A stretch of DNA of 64,000 nucleotides from Patescibacteria group bacterium (lineage in GTDB: Bacteria > Patescibacteriota > Patescibacteriia > UBA1558 > GWA2-36-10): positions 137,911-201,910 of the forward strand of contig JBAYIQ010000001.1 in assembly GCA_041665545.1 (NCBI GenBank). Direction: 5' to 3'. Below are positions 8,470-17,726 of this stretch, in pieces. Under the pieces are notes generated by a model that ran no database searches, was not told the DNA's origin, and saw only the letters and a program-made list of their open reading frames with translations. Position 1 is the first letter of the stretch; the number at the start of each line of letters is the position of its first letter. The position numbers were made by a program, and so were the translations under genes.

Positions 8470-11400
8470 TTACATTGGCGATGGATGACTGCCAGGTGGA
8501 AACTTGTTAATAACACCCCTAACCGTGCTTTTAATAGACTCTGCTCCTTTTTTCAAAAAAGCTTGTCGCATAGCATTATCATCCAGCTTCAAAGCATCAA
8601 CCTTATGATCACCATCAGTATCAATCAAATAATGATCCGACCTTAAAGGCCAAACACCGGTATGATATTTCTGAACCAGAGCATACTCATCACCCATTTT
8701 CACTGGTACCCAATGACCAGATGGTATATCTTTGACTTTATCAAAACTATCAAGGGCCGAAGCTTCAAAGCCATGCATGTTTTCGGCAATAATTTGCGGA
8801 TTGCTTAAATCAAAATGTCCCGAACTTAAATCTATTTTATCACCACGCTTCAAAGCATTAATAAATAAATTAGTTTTCTCTTCAGACCAGCCGTGATCTC
8901 TAACATAATCATGTACTAATCCCGACAACTGTTCTTGATTACCACTGGCCACTACCTTAGCCACCAATTCATCTAGATGACCGGAGTTATTTGCCGCCTC
9001 ATATAGACCATGATTATAATCCCCGCCCTGTGTTAAAAATGTTTCCATTTGTTGTTGAGCAGCTGCTTGGGTAGCGGCCTCGGCAGCTTGAGCTGTGGCT
9101 GCTTCGGCGGCTGTTTTAGCTGCTATTTCAGTATCTACCAAATGCTGAGCACTTTCTTTAGCGTGATTTAATACATTGGCCAATTGATCTGAACTTATTG
9201 CTTGATGCGAATCAGCCAAGGTAAATGAACCATCAGCCAGTCTATCTACAGCCTGGCCATTGAATGTCCACTCATGCACAGAGCCATTAGGACTCAAAAA
9301 ATCTGTGCCAAAACTTCTAACCTCATGAGACACGACATCAACATTTTCTGTAGTTAAACGGACGCCAGCTTTGGCGGCTGCTTCTAAAGCGTCATTGTTG
9401 GCTAGTATGTTTGCCTCTCCACCGGCAGCAGCCATAGCATCAGCTCCGGCTTGTAAATGATCAATGGAATCCGAATGGCCAAGTACGCTGCTCAAATCGA
9501 TATTCTCACCAGGTATCAATTGATCAATATCGTGATGCAAACCAAATGCTTCTGGATGCGCGGCTGCGCTGTCTTTGACAGCGTCTATCATGTGAGTTTG
9601 TTTGGCCTCACCCAAGGCGCTCCATTTTTCATCACCCATTTGCTCGTGTACCTTGGCCTCAATAATTTTCCATAACGAATCACCTTTTTTTACTTTTACC
9701 ACAAAATCAATGTTTTTCGTATTCTGCTCAACTGCCTGTTCTGCTGCTACTTGAGTAGAATTAGTTGCGGCTTCATTAGCAGCATGAGCGGCTTGTTCAG
9801 CAGCATCAGCAACAGACTTAGCCATCATTTTTGCCGCCATTATATTAGAATAAATGCCAGCACCAACACCCAGACCAATAGATACGCCTTGCCTAATCAT
9901 TGACTTGGTACGATATTTATCAACCTCTGGTATCAGCTGTTCAGCACGTTCATCTTCAGTCTTTCCTTTGAGCACGTTCAACAAACGATTTGCGGTTTCT
10001 TGTTTTTTTTGTTCAGCTGAATCTTCTGTCCCCGCGACCTCTTCTTTCCCCTTTTCTTTTTGCCCGGCCTTTTCTTTGGTCTTATCTAAAACTGACTCTT
10101 TTAATTTTTCATAATAAATCTTTTCAAGAGTCTTTACTACTTCAGACTGAGCTGCTCCAAAGCGACCAGCTTCGGCCACTCCTACACCTTTTTCCAAGCC
10201 CATCCCCCTGAGGCGAGCCAACTCTACACCCAAATCTGATAATGATTTTTCCTTGAGGCTAGCTTCAAAAACATGTAACAATCTATCATGATTATTTTTA
10301 TCTTTCTCTTTATAAAAATTATACCCATGAACCTCGTCAATCAAACCTTTTTGTCCTAATCTCTTGGTTTTGGTATCCATCAATCCTTCGGCCGTCATAT
10401 AAGTACCACCACCAGAGGTAATGGTTCTACCAGCCACAAACGCTGAACTAGCAAAAACATTGGAAGCAACGGCATTTGTTAGACTACCCAATATACCACC
10501 GCTAGCAAAAGTAGCACCGGCACCAACGGCCATTAAGCCAATACCAGCTACCAGTCTGGCTTTACTATGTCTCTTCCACCATTCTTTAAACTTGTTCATG
10601 GTGTTTTTGTCGCCTGACTCTGCTAGAGCATCAACATTGGACTCCTCTTTTTGCAAATATTTAATATAAGCCTCGGCCAATACTTTTGGATCTAGTTCTC
10701 CACCAGCTTTCATGGCCTCAATTATCTCAATAATCTCGCCATGCTTTAATGATTCATATTTATCATGAGCTGAATCCAATTCATCTTGCGCCTCTTCTTT
10801 GTATCCACCAATCAAAAAATTACGATTCTTGCTAAATATTCTTTTTCTCTTTTTAACCAAATCAAAATATTTTGCTCGAGCATCATCAAAAGTAGCAATT
10901 TGCTCTGCTGTTCTTTCTGGTAAAATCACTGTTTTTTCCGGCTTTTGTCCAGACTCAGTCTTGGGACCTGGAACTGGTTCAGAAACAACTTCAGGGGGTG
11001 TTTCTGGACTCGTAGCTGCTGGTTTTATCGTTTCTGGCTCGGGATTAACAATCGGCTTTTTCTCAGCACCATTTTTTAATTTATTTATTTCGTCTTCAAT
11101 TTTTCTTATTCTGGCCTCAGCCAATAAGACTGCCTGCTCCAAAGCATCGGGTACTAATAAATCTTGTTCTTCTTTTGATTTCTGCAAAATAGCTGTGGCT
11201 AAGTCTGGCTTACCTAATAATTGAGCGGCTTCTTGCAAAGCACTTAATTTAGTTTCCCTAGTTTTGGCTGAATTAATTTCGGTAATCAAATCTTTCAATG
11301 GAGCTATCAATCTCTCCATTTGGGCTGTTTTTATTTCAACTTCCAAGTCTCTGATTTTATTTTCAACTGACAACTGGGCTTGCTCCAAGGTAGAGCTAAG

Positions 11401-12162
11401 TTCTGTGGATTGATCAGCAAATCTAGGATCATTAAGTAAAACAGCGGCTTGCTCAAGAGATCTTTGTTTCAATGTACGGTCACTTTTTTGTATGGCAATA
11501 TTTATTTCGTCAAGTAAGGCCTTCAGACGACTTATGCTGCCCTTAATCCTAGCATCCCTAATATCGTGCTTTGCTTCAAAAATTACTGGCTCATTCTCCA
11601 TTGTATCGGTCACAATTGCCTCGGACGATTTGATGTTATCTTGAACAGGAATTTCTAAGTTAATAACTGGCTCGCTGGGTTTTTCATTAATCAGTAAATC
11701 TCTATTATGTAATTTTAAAACCGCTTCCTTGAGATGTGATTCTAGGGTACCGGGTATTTCTTTTTCGTTTATCTTACCCCGACGAAAAGCATTTATCCTA
11801 TCCGTCACCATGTCCGCATCAATCTCCTTCATATGCTGACCAATCTGCGAGTACAATTCCAACCAATCATTGGCCCCTGAATAATCAAAATTTTCAAACT
11901 CTGGAATTTTAGGTGCTTCTGGTTTTCCATCTAAAACGAGTTTCACTTCTTTTTTACTAACATTTGCTAATACATCAACTTCCGCTGTCAAATCAGGCTC
12001 ATCAGAACCTTCTTCTGCTCGAAAATTGGTTGCCACACCATCAATCTTCTCTATAAATTGGTTACCCTCGGCTACCACCTCTTGGTTGGAGGGTTCTGGG
12101 GCCTGCTCCTGACCAGCGGTTTCGAACACAGGAGTAACTTCTGGAGATTTTTTATCTGTCAT
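8470..12162 (-). CDS. giant hypothetical membrane/coiled-coil protein with LysM-like motif (1230 aa)
   Basis: Acidic coiled-coil N-terminal part; Gly/Ala-rich TM-like segments (RLVAGIGLMAVGAGATFASGG, SIGLGVGAGIYSNIMAAKMM); KVKKGDSLWKIIEAKV LysM-like. Confidence 0.7.
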   Translation of the reverse strand: MTDKKSPEVTPVFETAGQEQAPEPSNQEVVAEGNQFIEKIDGVATNFRAEEGSDEPDLTAEVDVLANVSKKEVKLVLDGKPEAPKIPEFENFDYSGANDWLELYSQIGQHMKEIDADMVTDRINAFRRGKINEKEIPGTLESHLKEAVLKLHNRDLLINEKPSEPVINLEIPVQDNIKSSEAIVTDTMENEPVIFEAKHDIRDARIKGSISRLKALLDEINIAIQKSDRTLKQRSLEQAAVLLNDPRFADQSTELSSTLEQAQLSVENKIRDLEVEIKTAQMERLIAPLKDLITEINSAKTRETKLSALQEAAQLLGKPDLATAILQKSKEEQDLLVPDALEQAVLLAEARIRKIEDEINKLKNGAEKKPIVNPEPETIKPAATSPETPPEVVSEPVPGPKTESGQKPEKTVILPERTAEQIATFDDARAKYFDLVKKRKRIFSKNRNFLIGGYKEEAQDELDSAHDKYESLKHGEIIEIIEAMKAGGELDPKVLAEAYIKYLQKEESNVDALAESGDKNTMNKFKEWWKRHSKARLVAGIGLMAVGAGATFASGGILGSLTNAVASNVFASSAFVAGRTITSGGGTYMTAEGLMDTKTKRLGQKGLIDEVHGYNFYKEKDKNNHDRLLHVFEASLKEKSLSDLGVELARLRGMGLEKGVGVAEAGRFGAAQSEVVKTLEKIYYEKLKESVLDKTKEKAGQKEKGKEEVAGTEDSAEQKKQETANRLLNVLKGKTEDERAEQLIPEVDKYRTKSMIRQGVSIGLGVGAGIYSNIMAAKMMAKSVADAAEQAAHAANEAATNSTQVAAEQAVEQNTKNIDFVVKVKKGDSLWKIIEAKVHEQMGDEKWSALGEAKQTHMIDAVKDSAAAHPEAFGLHHDIDQLIPGENIDLSSVLGHSDSIDHLQAGADAMAAAGGEANILANNDALEAAAKAGVRLTTENVDVVSHEVRSFGTDFLSPNGSVHEWTFNGQAVDRLADGSFTLADSHQAISSDQLANVLNHAKESAQHLVDTEIAAKTAAEAATAQAAEAATQAAAQQQMETFLTQGGDYNHGLYEAANNSGHLDELVAKVVASGNQEQLSGLVHDYVRDHGWSEEKTNLFINALKRGDKIDLSSGHFDLSNPQIIAENMHGFEASALDSFDKVKDIPSGHWVPVKMGDEYALVQKYHTGVWPLRSDHYLIDTDGDHKVDALKLDDNAMRQAFLKKGAESIKSTVRGVINKFPPGSHPSPM

Positions 12163-12165
12163 ATA

Positions 12166-12333
12166 CTAAAAATTACTATTAATTTTATTTAATATGTCAT
12201 CAATTTCCGCTTTATTACTGGCCTCACTTTTCTTTTGACGTCGACTAATGGCTTCTTGTTTCAATTTATTTACAGCCAACAAAAAATTGTTATAAATCTC
12301 TTTAATTTTAGAAATCTTTTGGTTGTTATCCAT
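12166..12333 (-). CDS. small coiled-coil ORF (55 aa), not in ORF track
   Basis: ATG 12333; MDNNQKISKIKEIYNNFLLAVNKLKQEAISRRQKKSEASNKAEIDDILNKINSNF; stop 3 nt before the giant gene ATG. Confidence 0.35.
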   Translation of the reverse strand: MDNNQKISKIKEIYNNFLLAVNKLKQEAISRRQKKSEASNKAEIDDILNKINSNF

Positions 12334-12337
12334 AAAA

Positions 12338-12640
12338 TTAAACAATGGCCGTCTTGACTTTGCCCATTTCCACTTTCAAATCATCAATAATACTTTGATA
12401 AATTTCTTTATAATCCGACACTTTGGTAGCAATAAATTGATCGGCTTTTTCGGGATCATTGTCTCCTAATAATTTATCCAGGGCTTGTTTATCACCTTCT
12501 GACAAGCGAGTTAAAACCACACGGTTGAAACGAGTGGTTACTAATTCCATAATTTGCTCTTGAATTTCCTGCTTTTTTTCTTCAGGCAAGTCTTCTAGAC
12601 CAAATTCTTTAAAAAAATCTAATTGATTTGTGGAGTCCAT
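12338..12640 (-). CDS. hypothetical acidic protein (100 aa)
   Basis: Clean ORF, host-like composition, first gene of a 3-gene string ending in the giant gene. Confidence 0.6.
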   Translation of the reverse strand: MDSTNQLDFFKEFGLEDLPEEKKQEIQEQIMELVTTRFNRVVLTRLSEGDKQALDKLLGDNDPEKADQFIATKVSDYKEIYQSIIDDLKVEMGKVKTAIV

Positions 12641-12692
12641 AAAAATAAGTATTAGCTTAATAATAATACGACTTAATTATAAAATCTTTCGG

Positions 12693-12744
12693 CAAAAAAA
12701 ACAAGCCCCAACCTCTGCACGCGTTGTGCAAAAAAGGTTGGGGC
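12693..12744 (-). terminator. intrinsic terminator of high-GC cassette 1
   Basis: GCCCCAACC ... GGTTGGGGC stem followed by U-run on minus strand, 20 nt after stop. Confidence 0.7.
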
Positions 12745-12762
12745 CCGTACGAATCTTGGAAA

Positions 12763-14079
12763 CTAGGCGGCTTCCGCACCCTCGGCAATGTAGGGTGCGA
12801 TCGACCCGAGCTGTCTGTCCACCAGGACACGCAACTCGCTGCGACCAGCGAAATCGGTCTTAGCCACAGCATCGACGGCCAGTTTGACGGCCGAGCCGAT
12901 ATCGGGATTATTGAGAGCGGTGACCAGAGGCATCAGCTCAGCCAGACGAGCATCGCCCTTGCCCTCGGCAGTGATCACTGCGATCCTCTTGTCGAGGGCG
13001 GTCTTGACGACATCGATACGCTTGGCCGCCAGCTCGTTCAGTCGAGCCTGAACCTCTGGGCTGGGTGTCGGGTCCTCAATCAGAACACTCTTTACCTTAT
13101 AGCCCGAAACGCTTTCCAGCCGGGCAATGGCCTCATCCCAGTTCGCGTCTTCAAAGACGCCGCCGACTTGGATCTTCTCCAGAGTTTGACCCTTAAGGAG
13201 AACCCGAAAGTCAGCACCGAAGATTTCACTCGCATACTTGACCAAGCCGGCATCAGTCCGCACCTCGGGCGGAGCAGACCAATAGGCATTCAGATTCTCC
13301 GGCCCATCAAGAATGGGGATGAACTTAACATTTACATCTCCCCCGACCTCGATATCGGGTTCACCATCAAGACCTGGGATCTTGCCACCAAGAGTAGGTA
13401 TTTTCTCAGTGACACAAGAGAGTTGTAAACCACGTCTTTCCAGGACGACATTGAATTCGAGACCTGGGGCATTCCTAGGAATCTTCGTCCGGTGGAAACC
13501 GTTGTAGAAGACATACTTGTCGAACATCCACCAGGCGTGAAAGCAACGGCGTCCGAACAGTTTCGGCGTCCATAGTTCCTGCTCCGGAACCTGAATGTTC
13601 ATGATGGCCATCGTAGATCCCGTGGCCAACGACCAAAAAATCACGGTCACCATGTGACCAAATGTCAGGATACCCAAGGTCAGGCACACGCCAGTCACAA
13701 TTGTCGAATAGAATGCCCAGGTGTCTCGCTTGTTGCCAAGCCACGGCCGCGGTTTGTAGGTGTAGTAGGCCTGTAGCGCCGTAATAGCCGCAACGAGCAG
13801 TGCCAACACCACACGAAACCACGGGAAATTGTGGGAGACCTCCTTACCAGCTGTCTTTCCAACTGTCACAGCTGTCTTTACGTCCTCAACTACAGCCGAC
13901 GGCGCAAAAAACAGCCAGTGATGGTTCCAGGAAGCGGCCAGCACTCCCACAGCCAGCAAGGCCGTGGTAATGATCGCTCTCCACCCCACCTTCAGCTTTG
14001 TGCTGTTATTGACCAGCGCGGCAACAACGGACACGATGATCGCAATCACCGCATCAAGGACGAACTTGTTCTGAAACAT
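12763..14079 (-). CDS. high-GC membrane protein with C-terminal SPFH (band-7/prohibitin)-like domain (438 aa)
   Basis: AAAGGAGGGG RBS 2 nt before ATG; 4-5 N-terminal TMs; SPFH-like core (FGRR...PGLEFNVV...) and Ala/Glu-rich tail (AVITAEGKGDARLAEL); G+C-rich vs flanks. Confidence 0.75.
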   Translation of the reverse strand: MFQNKFVLDAVIAIIVSVVAALVNNSTKLKVGWRAIITTALLAVGVLAASWNHHWLFFAPSAVVEDVKTAVTVGKTAGKEVSHNFPWFRVVLALLVAAITALQAYYTYKPRPWLGNKRDTWAFYSTIVTGVCLTLGILTFGHMVTVIFWSLATGSTMAIMNIQVPEQELWTPKLFGRRCFHAWWMFDKYVFYNGFHRTKIPRNAPGLEFNVVLERRGLQLSCVTEKIPTLGGKIPGLDGEPDIEVGGDVNVKFIPILDGPENLNAYWSAPPEVRTDAGLVKYASEIFGADFRVLLKGQTLEKIQVGGVFEDANWDEAIARLESVSGYKVKSVLIEDPTPSPEVQARLNELAAKRIDVVKTALDKRIAVITAEGKGDARLAELMPLVTALNNPDIGSAVKLAVDAVAKTDFAGRSELRVLVDRQLGSIAPYIAEGAEAA

Positions 14080-14112
14080 GACCCCTCCTTTGGGGTAATA
14101 GGTTAACGATTG

Positions 14113-14141
14113 ACTATCTATACATTTCCAAGACTTGTCAA
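14113..14141 (-). promoter_or_regulatory. putative promoter of cassette 1 (TTGACA-N17-GATAGT)
   Basis: tgtcaa 14136-14141 and actatc 14113-14118 on plus strand, 17-nt spacer. Confidence 0.45.
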
Positions 14142-14388
14142 CGAACTTGCCAAAAACCTATGTTTTGTGACAATATATTATTATATCACTTTTTTCTATT
14201 TTAGTCAAGAAATAGCTGCTCCCCAATATTTGACACCAGGGCTTGTCAATTTAATACTAAAGTTTGATGTAACTACGTCTCGCACGCCAAAGCAAACTTT
14301 AATTAATAAATTAAATTTTTTTATAGGCCACTATCCCTCCTTAAGTGTCAAGCATTGGATTTTAACGCGACGGCGTGTCAATATTTTT

Positions 14389-15249
14389 CTACTTCTGACA
14401 AATTGGACAAAAATGTGTGCCTCTACCAGCTATTTTGTGTTTTTTTATTTCGGTTTTTTTACACTTTAGGCAGAGTTGTTTAGCGCGACCATAAACTTTC
14501 AAATATTTTACATAGGCCCCCCCGTTGCCATCTGCAGTCCGATAATCACTGAAAGTAGTGCCACCAAATTTTACTGCTTTGTTCATGATATAGTGACAAG
14601 CCTGGAAAATCTTTTTCTTATCTTGATCCCCAAGTGTGCTAACTCGCCTATCAGGCCTGACACTAGCCCGAAAACAAATTTCATCAGCATAGATATTGCC
14701 AATGCCGGAAAAAATCTGCTGATTCAATAAAACGCTTTTTAAGACACCACTTTTTTTATTTATGGCTGACAAAAAATTCGGTAACGTAAAATTTTTAGTC
14801 AATGGCTCGAGTCCATATTTTTTTCTAATTTCTTCTTTAGCCAAATGACTGACTATTTTGAAATAACCAAATTGCCGCAGATCATTGTAAAACAAAATAG
14901 ATTTATCAGAAAAATATAATATAATATGAGAATATTTATTGGGCAACTCTTGACTGATTGGCAAATTATGACCACCAGCCACAATATTTTTTTTATTTTT
15001 ATAGATCAATTGACCGGTCATTTTCAAATGCACCAGCAAATAATCATTACCTTTTTTTAATTTAAAAATTAAGAGCTTACCAACTCGATCTACCTTGGAA
15101 AAACTATTGCCTACTAATTTTTTTCTAAACTCAAAAATATCACCATGAATCTGTTTGATTTTGTGGATCTCTATTTTTACAATCTTTTTATTAACAATTT
15201 TGGCTTGCAAACCACGCCTAATTGTCTCAACTTCTGGTAGTTCTGGCAT
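14389..15249 (-). CDS. mutM: formamidopyrimidine-DNA glycosylase
   Basis: MPELPEVETIRRGL N-terminus, H2TH, C-terminal zinc finger CLKC...CPICQ. Confidence 0.9.
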   Translation of the reverse strand: MPELPEVETIRRGLQAKIVNKKIVKIEIHKIKQIHGDIFEFRKKLVGNSFSKVDRVGKLLIFKLKKGNDYLLVHLKMTGQLIYKNKKNIVAGGHNLPISQELPNKYSHIILYFSDKSILFYNDLRQFGYFKIVSHLAKEEIRKKYGLEPLTKNFTLPNFLSAINKKSGVLKSVLLNQQIFSGIGNIYADEICFRASVRPDRRVSTLGDQDKKKIFQACHYIMNKAVKFGGTTFSDYRTADGNGGAYVKYLKVYGRAKQLCLKCKKTEIKKHKIAGRGTHFCPICQK

Positions 15250-15337
15250 ATTTTTGTATTTTGCTCACCCCGTGAAATATAGCACATCAACCAAAAAATA
15301 AAAACGCCCCACAAGTGGGACGCTTTTATTCAATTTC

Positions 15338-17557
15338 TTAATATTGGTTTAGTACTGTATCTGTCACATTATAAATCTTATTTCCAGAATATTTTTTCAA
15401 TTCTTCCAAACTGACTATATGGACTTTTTTACCATTTATGATGACATATATTTTGCCATCATTGGCTTTTAACAAAGCGCCGTCGGAATAAAGCTTTATA
15501 CCATATATTTTACTAATTTTTCCTTGAGCGGCTTTATTATCAATTTTGGTTTCAACATATTGAGCTATTACTTCATCTGTCACATTGTATATTCTTTGAG
15601 CAAAATAGTTGTCATATAGATATTGCCAATTTGGTATATGATAAATCTGGTTACCAAGTACGTGATAAACTTCTGGTCCACAACCACGCACAAGAGATCC
15701 GGTAATAAATTCCATTACGCCTTTGATGTCACCATCGATATCTGGTTTACAGACGACTTCTTTGATACCCAAAACTTGTGGGGGTAATTGACCCAAGGTG
15801 TTTGGCGTAGTGAAGGTGCGATCAATGTCATAAGATGTACTGTTACCGCTATCTTTGGCTCTTATTTGATAATGATATGTGGTACTAGGCAACAAATCAG
15901 TTAGCGCCATAGTATGAGTAGCGTGATAATTGGTGCCTTGGTATTCGGAGCCATAAGAAGTGGAAGTACCATACAGCATCCAAGTCAGAGATTGACGAGT
16001 AGTTTCCCAAGTAATGTTGGCTGAATTAGTAGTTACGCTACTTTGAACATTAAATATATTGATGGGAATAAATCCGCCACCACCGCCACCACCACCGCCA
16101 GACGGTCCTGGCTGAGGATTAGGAGGCGTTATGGCAGTACACCTAGTACTACATACATCTGATCCATTGGGACCAGCGTCGCATTCTTCAGTACCAGTCA
16201 CTTCTCCATCACCACAAAATTGATCTACTGGAGCTGGGCACTGTAGCATTGGCGGTACAAAGTGGGCATAGCAAGCAACTTGATTATTTGGGATAACTAT
16301 TTGAGCGGCTAAGCTTACATCAGTCTGGTCAATAACTTCATCGTTATTTAAATCATAAAGAATATTATAATTACTATCGCCTGCTTGAGACCCGTCTGAA
16401 TCCTTTATACCCTGCCATAATCCCTGACACCAACCAATGTTGGTATAATTTTCGCAACTAAAGTGAAACTGGTCATTGGGATCTTCAAACTGCTGGTAAC
16501 ACTGGGCATCATCACCAGTGCCATGCATCAATGTCACAAAGGCCAAATCACTTAAATTAATAACTTCGTCGTTATTAATATCAGCTACATCATTATATAC
16601 TAAATGTGTTGAAGAGTTGGGATCAAAATAAGCTTTCAAAATGCCTAAAAGTGCACTGCACCAAGGAGCATAAGGTTTTGGCTCAGGTTCTTTTATTTTA
16701 CAAAGACGAACATCGTCAAGAAAAGTGCCATAACTATCACTTGGCCCAATGTCCTTAAAAGCTATTTCTGTATTTGTGCCATCAGCAGTAAATACGTAAT
16801 CAGAAGCGACCCAATTACTTTGAGCAAGTGGCGCAATACCAGTAGCCGGACCATTGGTAGCTACCTGATTACCATTAACTTCTACTGCTAGATTATTTTG
16901 CTCAGCAGCAATATCATGGCGGGCAGCAAATGACCAAAATAATTTATATTGTGCACCTACTTCTGTGACTATATTTTGTATTACACGTGTTGACTGGTCA
17001 CCATCAAGCTCAGAATATTGTAAGCCATCAGCTGCTATATTAGCACTCCATCCTCTGTGAAGCTCTAAAGTAGTAAGTGAATTATCAGAAACCTTTTCAA
17101 TTACCCAACCAGACACGGAGCTCATTATCTGCCACAAAGAACTATCTGTCACCATTGGCTCTTCAAAACTACCGTTTACAAAGAGATTGCTTTCTCCAGA
17201 ACATTCTTCTATCTCAATGAGTGTGCAGTTGGCCGTACAGGTAGCGGACCCACTTGGACCATCATCACATTGCTCACCTGGATCCAAAACTCCATTTCCA
17301 CACACTGGAGGAGGTACGGAACATTGTCCAGCTGTATCACCATGCTCTAAATGACCAGGAACGGCCTCTGGAGCCACCTTTATTTCCACCGCGCCTTCAC
17401 TAGTAGTGTGGCAAATGGAAACCAAAGTAATGTTTTCACTAATTAATTGATCACTAGTATCAATAGGCTGTTCAGCAAAGGCCGTTGCCCCACCTGACCA
17501 AACTATTACTGACAAGACGGCAAAACTAACAAAAATATTTTTTAATAATTTTTTCAT
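15338..17557 (-). CDS. secreted multidomain surface protein (Cys-rich repeats, dockerin-like Ca-binding loops, Gly9 linker, FN3-like domain)
   Basis: Signal peptide; two CGNGV/CGDGE..EQCD/EECD repeats; DINNDEVINLSD and DLNNDEVIDQTD; GGGGGGGGG; FN3-like ANITWETT...YHYQIRA. Confidence 0.7.
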   Translation of the reverse strand: MKKLLKNIFVSFAVLSVIVWSGGATAFAEQPIDTSDQLISENITLVSICHTTSEGAVEIKVAPEAVPGHLEHGDTAGQCSVPPPVCGNGVLDPGEQCDDGPSGSATCTANCTLIEIEECSGESNLFVNGSFEEPMVTDSSLWQIMSSVSGWVIEKVSDNSLTTLELHRGWSANIAADGLQYSELDGDQSTRVIQNIVTEVGAQYKLFWSFAARHDIAAEQNNLAVEVNGNQVATNGPATGIAPLAQSNWVASDYVFTADGTNTEIAFKDIGPSDSYGTFLDDVRLCKIKEPEPKPYAPWCSALLGILKAYFDPNSSTHLVYNDVADINNDEVINLSDLAFVTLMHGTGDDAQCYQQFEDPNDQFHFSCENYTNIGWCQGLWQGIKDSDGSQAGDSNYNILYDLNNDEVIDQTDVSLAAQIVIPNNQVACYAHFVPPMLQCPAPVDQFCGDGEVTGTEECDAGPNGSDVCSTRCTAITPPNPQPGPSGGGGGGGGGFIPINIFNVQSSVTTNSANITWETTRQSLTWMLYGTSTSYGSEYQGTNYHATHTMALTDLLPSTTYHYQIRAKDSGNSTSYDIDRTFTTPNTLGQLPPQVLGIKEVVCKPDIDGDIKGVMEFITGSLVRGCGPEVYHVLGNQIYHIPNWQYLYDNYFAQRIYNVTDEVIAQYVETKIDNKAAQGKISKIYGIKLYSDGALLKANDGKIYVIINGKKVHIVSLEELKKYSGNKIYNVTDTVLNQY

Positions 17558-17726
17558 AAGTGTAATTACTTAATTTAATTAAAATATATAAAAATAAAAA
17601 TTATTTTTTATTTTATAATAGCTATCGACTGATAAATATTATTAGAGTATTTTTATCGCTTTTAGTCAATGACAATAAAACGACCATCTACCATTTCTTC
17701 TTACCACAAATCACAGCTGGAGTCAA

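Noticed and set aside
12724-13428. 234-aa plus-strand ORF (and several 60-115-aa ORFs) inside the SPFH-like gene region
   Set aside because: These are shadow ORFs antisense to or out of frame with a high-GC CDS, where stop codons are rare. They have no RBS and Arg/Gly/Leu-rich low-complexity translations. The minus-strand 438-aa ORF has an RBS, TM helices and domain-like sequence.
14110-14469. 119-aa plus-strand ORF in the AT-rich gap that overlaps the mutM 3' end
   Set aside because: Low-complexity Phe/Tyr/Ile-rich translation of AT-rich intergenic DNA, overlapping a well-supported gene.
16074-16100. ccgccaccaccgccaccaccaccgcc tract as a possible simple repeat or slippage site
   Set aside because: It encodes an in-frame Gly9 linker inside the 739-aa surface protein. 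There is no evidence of phase variation from a single sequence.
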